Source: a virus
Lineage: Duplodnaviria; Caudoviricetes
Length of the DNA: 64,000 nt
Virus record (IMG/VR): IMGVR_UViG_2675903041_000001
Location: 1,519 to 65,518 of that record
Reading direction: 5' to 3' (one strand)
Part shown: positions 56,802 through 64,000 of the stretch, in pieces
Layout of the letters: every line of letters begins with the position of its first letter
How positions within the stretch are numbered: the stretch's first letter is position 1
Program-made: the position numbers and the translations under genes
Notes under the pieces: generated by a model
Databases searched by the model: none
What the model saw: only the letters and a program-made list of their open reading frames with translations
What the model was told of the DNA's origin: nothing

Positions 56802-57539
56802 TCACCGGCCTCCTTTGATGAGTCGGGGGCGGCTCGCTTGCCAGTCGAGCGTGAGAGCGCGCCCTGCCATCGCTTCCAGGCCGACGCTGGCCAGGCCATT
56901 GCGCTTGCCTTCACGCTCCACCAGGGCAATGGCATTCATGACTTCACGCATGCGGCCTTTGCTTTGGCGATGGATTTCGCGCGCCAATTCGGGTTCTACA
57001 ACCACTTCGCATTTCTGCTGGCAGGTCGCCATGACATCTTCCAAGGTTGCCGGGCCGAATGTCACGACATGCGCGATGCGGCTGCTGATTTGAAGATGCT
57101 TGCTGATTTTGGTCTGCACTTTTTCCATGCCGACCAGCACGACGGTGACTTCCGTCAGGTCGGACAGATCGCGGATGGCTTCGAGCACCTGGGCGTTGTT
57201 GCGCATGCAGTGATCGACTTCATCGATTACAATCGGGGTCTGGTTGCGCCCGAGATAGCCGGATACCCGCCCGAAGACTTCCTTGGAGCGGCCGGAGGGG
57301 TCCACTTTCAAGTTTTCGGCCAGCTCGGTCAGGAAGTAACGCGGGGTCCAGTCGGTTTTGGCGCGCAGGTAGGCAGCCCCTACTTGCACGGCCCATTGAT
57401 CGACGGTTTCCGATTTGCCGTAGCCCGCTTCCCCGGTGATCAGCAGCAGGCTGGATTCTTGCGCGCCGCGCCCTTCAACTGCGGCCAAGCCTTCCTTGAA
57501 CCGCTCGTAGTTACTTGTTTTGACAAAAACGTTTTTCAA
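56802..57539 (-). CDS. Transposition ATPase (MuB-like AAA+)
   Basis: GEAGYGKS, IIDEVD-type Walker B (VIDEVD), VLVGM; follows the transposase. Confidence 0.9.
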   Translation of the reverse strand: MKNVFVKTSNYERFKEGLAAVEGRGAQESSLLLITGEAGYGKSETVDQWAVQVGAAYLRAKTDWTPRYFLTELAENLKVDPSGRSKEVFGRVSGYLGRNQTPIVIDEVDHCMRNNAQVLEAIRDLSDLTEVTVVLVGMEKVQTKISKHLQISSRIAHVVTFGPATLEDVMATCQQKCEVVVEPELAREIHRQSKGRMREVMNAIALVEREGKRNGLASVGLEAMAGRALTLDWQASRPRLIKGGR

Positions 57540-57596
57540 ATTTAAACTCCTGTCTTGCAGATTTGGATTAGTGGATAGGTTGCACGGTAATGGCTG

Positions 57597-59801
57597 TTAT
57601 CGTGCGGCCGCCGATTCGTCTTCTTCGTTTTTCTCCTCCTTTTGTAGTTTTTCCAGTTTCCGCTCGGCAAAGTGGTCGTCGTCCGATGTCCAGACGATGC
57701 TTTCCCGGGCAAAGATTTCTTTCATGTCCCAGTAGTATTCCCCGTGCACAAAGTCGCGCAGCCATTGGATATCGTGCTGTGTCCAGTAGCCGCGATGATG
57801 CAGGTGCATGAGCCAGCGGTACTTTTCCGCGTCAGACGTGAACCATGGCCGCTTGTCGCCCTGCGTGGGCAGGACGCCGATGTTGGTCGCGTCGAACATG
57901 TCTTCCAGGTGTTCAGCCTCGATGGCCAGCGCCATGTCCGGACTTTGCTTGATCGGCATGGGGGGCAGCGTCTCGGCCGGCTGGTGTTCGAGGATGAGCG
58001 GCGGGTCGAGCTCGGCCTGCGCTTCTTCGATTCTGGCTTCAGCCCGCTTGATGCGTGCCTGGGCGCGCTTGTAGTTGGCCTGGTCGATGAATGACTGCGG
58101 AAAGTAGCGCTGCGAATTGGCTTCGAATTCGGCGATCGCCACCAGGCGGCCTTCACGATCTCTGACCCAGACCCGGCTGGCGTCGTGAATGTCGTACCCG
58201 ACCCGCATGGTTTCGCCGTGGTAATGCGCCAGGTCATGGCTGAAGTAGCGATTGCCAAACAGGCGGATCTCGCCACGGGTGGTTTTGGCGGTTTTGTATG
58301 GCCGGAACAGGTCATTGCGATCATGGCCCGCGACTTCAACCGCTTGCCAGCCTTCGCTGATTGCCTGCGCCCAGGCGTCATTCGGGCTCTGGTGACGCCG
58401 GACGCCATCAGCTGTAACGATTTTCGGCAGGGATGAATGCGCCCGGTCGTTGTAGCGGTCGATCTCGCTCTGGCAGAAGGCGATGAATGCCGGCCACTCG
58501 ATCAGCAGTTTCGATCTGCCTGATGGCTGTAGCACTTCCTTGCGCGTGACCTTGAAGGCGCGCTGCTTGGCTTGCGGATCCATGTCCTTGCCCATGTAGG
58601 TGGGCAGGGTTTTGGCGGCACGCACCCAAATGCTTTGCTGCACACGCTCGATCAGGCCACGCGCCTGGGAGGCATACGGCAGGCTGTGCGTCAGTTGGAT
58701 GCCCAGCCGGGCCATGAAGCCGGTGACTTCGTTGTTCATCATGTCGTTCTTGAAGCCGGTGCCGTTGTCGACATAGAAGATCGAGGGAATGCTGCACGAG
58801 AGGCAGGCATGCCGCAGCGCATCGAGCACGGTCCATGACGATTCGGCCAGGCCGATGGAAAAGCCCACCACCTTGCGGGTGGCCACATCGAGCACGGTCG
58901 TGATTTCCGGCCGGAATGCGCGCCCATGAGCGGGATGCGCCACTTCTGCATCGAAGGTATGCCCATCGGCGGTATAACATTCGGCCGGCCACATGCCACG
59001 GGTGTCGCGGCGCACAAAGGGCAGGATGTTTTTGATTTGCCGGCTGCCCATGCGCCCATGGTGCTGGTCGACGTTGCTCATTTTTTCGATGAAGCGCATG
59101 CATGTCCGATAGGAAGGCGCTTTCACCCCGTCTGACAGGTTTCTCAGCAGCTGTTCATGGCAATATAGCAGGCTGGGTTTTTGCGGCTGGCTGTAGAGCC
59201 GCAGCAGCGCAGGCGCCCAGGCGGGTATGTTGTTGAAACTCCGATCATGCGGAGCCAGTTCCGTCATGGTGCCCTGGCCTTGCTCCATTTTCCGCAGCCA
59301 GCGGTAAACGCTGGCGCGCGATAGCACCTGCTTTTGCCCCATCTTCTTGGCACGTGCGATCTCAACCGCTGCTTGCAGGGTTTCCGGCAGCGCGCTGTTT
59401 TTCGACTGTTCGACAATTTCCAGGATGGCGGCTTCCTTGCCGATTTTGCTCGCCAGGCACTGCACTGCCTCGCAGATGGCCAGCCGCGCCGCAGCCACTT
59501 CGCGCTGCCATACTTTCAGATCACCGGCAGGCTTGAGCGCCTGGCTGATTTTCTCCAGATCCGCCCTGGCCGGTTCAGACTCGGCAGGCCGTGAGACAAT
59601 CCGGCCCAATACCCGGTCGCGGATCAGCACCAGCACATCAACCGGCGGCAGGTATTCATAGCCATTGTTGCCGGGGCGCTTGCGCGCAACCCATTTTTCA
59701 CGCTTGGCCTTCTTGAGCATCCCAAATTCTGTTGAGGGCAATCCAGGCAATTGCATGGCGGCCAGCTCATAACATGTGTAATAGATATTGGTCTCACTCA
59801 T
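57597..59801 (-). CDS. Mu-type DDE transposase
   Basis: Mu HTH N-terminus, ADGH, YVDNG, GLIER, Mu transposase C-terminal region. Confidence 0.93.
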   Translation of the reverse strand: MSETNIYYTCYELAAMQLPGLPSTEFGMLKKAKREKWVARKRPGNNGYEYLPPVDVLVLIRDRVLGRIVSRPAESEPARADLEKISQALKPAGDLKVWQREVAAARLAICEAVQCLASKIGKEAAILEIVEQSKNSALPETLQAAVEIARAKKMGQKQVLSRASVYRWLRKMEQGQGTMTELAPHDRSFNNIPAWAPALLRLYSQPQKPSLLYCHEQLLRNLSDGVKAPSYRTCMRFIEKMSNVDQHHGRMGSRQIKNILPFVRRDTRGMWPAECYTADGHTFDAEVAHPAHGRAFRPEITTVLDVATRKVVGFSIGLAESSWTVLDALRHACLSCSIPSIFYVDNGTGFKNDMMNNEVTGFMARLGIQLTHSLPYASQARGLIERVQQSIWVRAAKTLPTYMGKDMDPQAKQRAFKVTRKEVLQPSGRSKLLIEWPAFIAFCQSEIDRYNDRAHSSLPKIVTADGVRRHQSPNDAWAQAISEGWQAVEVAGHDRNDLFRPYKTAKTTRGEIRLFGNRYFSHDLAHYHGETMRVGYDIHDASRVWVRDREGRLVAIAEFEANSQRYFPQSFIDQANYKRAQARIKRAEARIEEAQAELDPPLILEHQPAETLPPMPIKQSPDMALAIEAEHLEDMFDATNIGVLPTQGDKRPWFTSDAEKYRWLMHLHHRGYWTQHDIQWLRDFVHGEYYWDMKEIFARESIVWTSDDDHFAERKLEKLQKEEKNEEDESAAAR

Positions 59802-60234
59802 GGCTATCCTCCATGGCGCGCTTCAATTGCTTGATTTGTTTGGTGGCTTCGTCCCGGATGCGCTCCAGTTGGCCCAGCTTGGCATCGAGCGCTTCCTGGC
59901 CGACGGCCAGTTTGGCGCCGATTTTCTGGGCGGCAAATGTGGTGAGCGTGTTGGCCCCGGTTGCAAGATCGAAGGCTATCGCCGTATCGAATGGCGGAAT
60001 ATGGTCCTCGCGCGATTCGGCGGTGTAGGCGTCCAGCATGTGCTTGCTGATGTCACGCCCGGGCAGGCGGCTCATTTTGGCCGCGATGTCGTAGCGATCA
60101 TGGCCCTTGAGCGCCTCGGACATGGCATGCGCGATTTCCGCCCGGCAGGAAAGACTGCCAGGCGCGCTGGCTGGCGCCGGCGGCAGTTCATCGAACAGGC
60201 TTCTCGTCCGTGTATCACGCTTGGCAATCACCAT
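59794..60234 (-). CDS. Hypothetical early regulatory protein
   Basis: IAAKMS...ISKHMLDAYTAESR; between ner and the transposase. Confidence 0.7.
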   Translation of the reverse strand: MVIAKRDTRTRSLFDELPPAPASAPGSLSCRAEIAHAMSEALKGHDRYDIAAKMSRLPGRDISKHMLDAYTAESREDHIPPFDTAIAFDLATGANTLTTFAAQKIGAKLAVGQEALDAKLGQLERIRDEATKQIKQLKRAMEDSHE

Positions 60235-60236
60235 GG

Positions 60237-60578
60237 CTAGACACTCTGGCTGTTTGCCGGATTGACATTGCACGAATGGCCAGATGCGTTAACATTGTTG
60301 CGCTTGGCTTTGTAACGCCCCAGCCCGCGTTCGCCTCGCCCGGATTTGGGCGAGCCATCGGCACGATAACGGGATGGCCATATAATATGGGGGTGAGTCC
60401 CCAGGTGCTCTGCGATGATGCGCTCGTACTTGGGGTACGGATGGTTCAGGCAGTTGCGCAGCACGCCACGACCCAATCCGTTGCGGATGGAAAGCTTGGA
60501 TAGATCGGTCCCTGTTTTACGCACGGCCGCAATGATGTCGGCACGATGCCAGTCCTTCGAGGCTGGTTTTTTTGGCAT
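60237..60578 (-). CDS. ner: Ner-like DNA-binding protein
   Basis: DWHRADIIAA, PYPKYERIIA, IWPSRY; start may be 60593. Confidence 0.9.
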   Translation of the reverse strand: MPKKPASKDWHRADIIAAVRKTGTDLSKLSIRNGLGRGVLRNCLNHPYPKYERIIAEHLGTHPHIIWPSRYRADGSPKSGRGERGLGRYKAKRNNVNASGHSCNVNPANSQSV

Positions 60579-60611
60579 GTTTAACGAATCCATAAATTTA
60601 TACAAAACAGC

Positions 60612-60640
60612 ATGTTAAGAAATCTGTCCATACTTGTCAA
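60612..60640 (-). promoter_or_regulatory. Early promoter (Pe-like)
   Basis: TTGACA, 17 nt, TAACAT upstream of ner. Confidence 0.65.
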
Positions 60641-60760
60641 CAACAATTGCGCAATAGACCGGACTTTTTTCTATTAATTTTCTTGGCCATTTGATAACAG
60701 GTTGATTTTTATGATATTTAAATCCGGTTTGTTCTTAACAATATTCTCTACCCTTGCACC

Positions 60761-61516
60761 ATGAGTACAGAATGGTTTTCTGCTGCGGACCTTGCCAAAT
60801 TAGGCGCTGAACTTGTAGCGAAACTGCCCACAACAGAAAGGGGAGCACTCAGGCACGCAAAGCAAAATTTATGGGAAAAAAAGGTTGTCGATGCCAAGGG
60901 AGGAAAAGGCGGGAAGAAATCTGTCTTTAGACCCCCAGACGAAATCCTGAAAAGGATTTACCTGTTTATGCTGGATAACCCTTATTTCCTGGATTCCGGT
61001 CAAAAGGGAATTCCCGCAGAGGATTACGCAAGGCACAAAGAGAATATTCTTGTGGCCAGGCGCGCCAAGTCTTCGTCTGGATCACCCGCAGGGCTGAACG
61101 ATTTTGTACTGGTGCCAAGATACGATGTCCGGGCAAGCGCCGGGCACGGCGAGATGGTTCATTCCGAACAAATTGTCGATCACCTCGCATTCAGGAAATC
61201 ATGGGTACGCTCGGAACTGGGCTGCACAGAGAAGGATCTGGCGCTCATCACTGTAAAAGGTGACAGCATGGAACCCACGCTAAGCCAGAATGATTTGATT
61301 CTGATCGATATGAGCAAGAACCTCATATCGGATAATGCGGTTTATGTTTTGCAGTACGATGGGTCGCTATGGGTCAAGCGCATTCAGCGCAAGATAAATG
61401 GCTCGGTCATCATAAAAAGCGACAACCCTGAATACGAAATTGAAGAGCTGGATGAAGAGCAGGCCAGGTCGCTCAAGGTCCTGGGAATGGTGGTCTGGTA
61501 TGGGCGCAAAATTTGA
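60761..61516 (+). CDS. Prophage repressor: Mu-type DNA-binding domain plus S24 peptidase
   Basis: EWFSAADL..LP.T; ASAGHG, GDSMEP, WVKRI. Confidence 0.88.
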   Translation: MSTEWFSAADLAKLGAELVAKLPTTERGALRHAKQNLWEKKVVDAKGGKGGKKSVFRPPDEILKRIYLFMLDNPYFLDSGQKGIPAEDYARHKENILVARRAKSSSGSPAGLNDFVLVPRYDVRASAGHGEMVHSEQIVDHLAFRKSWVRSELGCTEKDLALITVKGDSMEPTLSQNDLILIDMSKNLISDNAVYVLQYDGSLWVKRIQRKINGSVIIKSDNPEYEIEELDEEQARSLKVLGMVVWYGRKI

Positions 61517-61774
61517 GCAAATTTAACGTTTTTTATGTGTTTTTGAGTTGCGCCGGTTTTTCTAAAATCGCGAAATGCCGGGTAATGCAAGTGCATGAAG
61601 ATAAAGATAAAAAACGACCTTCACAACTGTGATTTTTCTCTAGGACATAGTTGCGGACAATGACAAATGAATAATGCTTAATATTTAACCTTAACAATAT
61701 CGTTTATCTATTTGATATATATGAACTTATCTGCGGCAATTACTGCGCGGCCAGCTGCATTTTTAATGCAATTA

Positions 61775-61925
61775 AGTATCAATTGAAATGGCAAACACTT
61801 CCTTTTGCCCTTATTTTCCTCTTTCAAGTCTCAAATAACTTTTTTTACCCAAATCCCCCTCAAACCCTTACCACACGCCACTTTCAACCCTTTTTTATCT
61901 TTCTCTCTAAGTCTCAAATGAAATG
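61775..61925 (-). repeat. Transposase-binding repeats, repressor-side end
   Basis: Minus-strand CATTTCATTTGAGACT (61910-25), GTTATTTGAGACT (61827-39), TTTGCCATTTCAATTGATACT (61775-95), matching the other end. Confidence 0.8.
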
Positions 61926-62314
61926 TCACCCCACACTCAGCATCGAATTCCTTTCTTCTTCACCCAGCAATCCGAGCCTCCACCTTCTCCTCTAATTTGT
62001 TTTGATTTTTGATTCTAGCTGTATCGGCAAAGACGCTTCACCTTCTCCGATGCTAGAAAACTGATTACTCGGGCTGCGTCTTAATCCAGACGGGTGACTA
62101 GTGTCGAGCGTACTGAATACGATGTACTCATGGCAACAATGGATATGGTTAATAGTCTATGCTGTTTAGTGGCAGGGTGTTATTTGGACTATTAACAAAG
62201 GCAAGCTAGTGGGCGACACCTTTGATGTTTGATGATGTATTTCTTTGAATATCCGCAATTCTTTCCAATCTGCTATTACTAGTATTTTTTTTGATCTTCA
62301 CCATAGGAATTGCT

Positions 62315-62800
62315 TTAAGGTTTATGTCTAAAAACCTTTCTCATCATCCAATTCCAATCAGCAAGCATTATCAGGGGTGACCATCTCATTACTTCTGCCT
62401 CTGTTTCAGTATGAAAAATTACATGAAGCCTGTGAAGACGATACTCTTTACTGACGCCGATATTTTCATCGTAACCAACCATATCTAATGCAAAATATTT
62501 CGTTCCACTTACTGGTTCTGTTTCCTCTTTTCCGATAAAGCTGGCCATCAGAACTGGAATATCTTTCTCATCTATTGTTGGCAAGTCTATAAGCACTAGT
62601 GTCTTACTATTTTGGTCATAATGAAGTGAGTAAAACTTATTTTCAGGTTCTATTACTCCATCTTCTATTAGACCAGGAGGTGGGCCATAGCTTTGCCAAA
62701 TACCGTCGATAAAGCTTAGATCACGTTCTTCTTCGGCTAATGCAGTTAGTGGCAATACTAGCAATGCCAAAAGCACTGATTTGATGAAGTATTTATACAT
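62315..62800 (-). CDS. Hypothetical secreted protein (low GC)
   Basis: Signal peptide ending ALA-EE, 161 aa. Confidence 0.7.
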   Translation of the reverse strand: MYKYFIKSVLLALLVLPLTALAEEERDLSFIDGIWQSYGPPPGLIEDGVIEPENKFYSLHYDQNSKTLVLIDLPTIDEKDIPVLMASFIGKEETEPVSGTKYFALDMVGYDENIGVSKEYRLHRLHVIFHTETEAEVMRWSPLIMLADWNWMMRKVFRHKP

Positions 62801-63194
62801 GATATCTCTTACTTTATATGGTTAATTATAAGCTACACTCTACAACTCATGAATCTCGCCCGCCAAAGCAATTTGAATAGCGATAAGTGGCTTGCGCCCT
62901 TTATTGTCCATGGATTGTAGATAGATCGAGATTCGGCAATAGGCTTGTGTATATGTTACTAATTCTGAAACAACCTGATACTTTCTATTCTACTTTAGAC
63001 ATTCTTATGTTCCGTTCTCTCAACTATTGGTAAACGACACACGGGACTTTAGCAAAAAAAAGTAGCACTGCTGTTTTGTGAGTTTTCAGTCTTCCCCAAA
63101 AGATTGTGCGTGTCATATTTAGCCAGTTTTCCGCGTTTAACGCTGCGTTTGGAATGGAATAACCGGCAGCTCTTTTTCGGCGCGCGTTAAAGTA

Positions 63195-64000
63195 GAGCTT
63201 ACTCAGAAAGTATAAGTAACTGATTCTATATTAGAATCACCTCTATTCTGATAAAATAGTGCACGTAAATAAGACAAATAACCCCAAAAACCGTGCACGA
63301 TGATCCGCTACCAGAACCAGAAACAACGCTCCCTCGAAGGATTTGATACCCCGCCCGGCATGGTTCTTGATCCGAGGAATCGCTGGGTAAGACTGAGTGA
63401 TTGCATGCCGTGGGACGAATTGGCCGATAGCTACTACAAGACACTCTCCCGGACATTAGGACGTCCATCCAAGGATGCGCGGATAGTAATCGGAGCAGTC
63501 ATCATCAAACACAAGTTATCGGTTTCGGATGAGGAAACGGTAGAGCAGATCCGGGAGAACCCGTACCTGCAATATTTTATCGGACTGAAAGGCTTTCAAT
63601 CGAAAGCACCTTTTGCGCCCTCGTTACTGGTTGAAGTACGCAAGCGCATGGGGCAGACAGTATTTGATGAATTCCATGCGGCCATCATTAAGGCCGTCGA
63701 GCAGAAAAAGGCAAAGAAGCCTGACCAGGATAATGATGGCGGTAGCCCTGGCAGGACGGCATCGAATCGCAGCGAAGATGACTGTCATATTGCAGCTGTC
63801 CCGGTCACTGCAAAGCAGTCTTCAACGTCAGACAAAACACCCCGCAATCAGGGGAAAATGATCATAGACGCCACCGTGGCCGAACAGGCGATTCGTTTTC
63901 CGACAGATCTTGGATTGCTGAATGAAGCACGCGAATTGAGCGAACACATCATCGATGTGCTGCATGAAAAAAGTCACCGGCCGCAGAAAAAGAAACCGCG
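63195..64000 (+). mobile_element. IS5-family element, left part
   Basis: Probable left end GAGCTTACTCAGAA near 63195 (partner IR not in the window) ahead of a transposase. Confidence 0.65.
63300..64000 (+). CDS. IS5-family transposase (runs off the window edge)
   Basis: Manual translation: NRWVRL...PWDEL...GRP...SDEETVEQIRENPYLQYFIG...IIDATVAEQAIRFPTDL.LLN. Confidence 0.88.
   Translation, partial: MIRYQNQKQRSLEGFDTPPGMVLDPRNRWVRLSDCMPWDELADSYYKTLSRTLGRPSKDARIVIGAVIIKHKLSVSDEETVEQIRENPYLQYFIGLKGFQSKAPFAPSLLVEVRKRMGQTVFDEFHAAIIKAVEQKKAKKPDQDNDGGSPGRTASNRSEDDCHIAAVPVTAKQSSTSDKTPRNQGKMIIDATVAEQAIRFPTDLGLLNEARELSEHIIDVLHEKSHRPQKKKP

Larger units (their letters stand above)
24797..61935 (-). mobile_element. 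Mu-like transposable prophage, 37,139 bp, apparently complete, non-contractile tail
   Basis: Starts TGT at 24797, ends ACA at 61935, flanked by CTCAG (24792-24796 / 61936-61940); MuA, MuB-like ATPase, Ner, repressor, Gam, Mor, head and tail genes. Confidence 0.95.

Overview
The window is almost entirely mobile DNA. (1) 1-24700 is the right part of an integrative conjugative-type element. It ends in a 55-bp copy of the 3' part of a tRNA-Asn(GTT) gene (att site) and carries FlhC/FlhD-like (SetCD/AcaCD-type) activators, an XRE repressor, an IS982 copy (6-bp TSD) in the leader of a probable entry-exclusion gene, an F-type T4SS operon (ltg-ompA-traA-L-E-K-B-dsbC-V-C-F-H-G, with no traW/U/N or relaxase in view), a RepA initiator with iterons, traD, umuD, an umuC remnant, SRAP and RecD2. 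(2) 24797-61935 is an apparently complete 37.1-kb Mu-like transposable prophage with TG...CA ends, a 5-bp CTCAG duplication and a non-contractile tail. (3) A low-GC secreted-protein gene and the start of an IS5-family element follow. The best lead is a ~105-nt, highly structured, pseudoknot-capable non-coding RNA with its own sigma70-like promoter, convergent with a MuF head protein that ends in a putative BECR-type nuclease domain and has no immunity ORF: a possible RNA-neutralised MuF toxin. Other leads are a capsid protein with a signal-peptide-like leader, a second fibre module in the neck region, a C4-type antisense switch and a candidate central gyrase site. All protein calls come from motifs recognised by eye; no searches were run.
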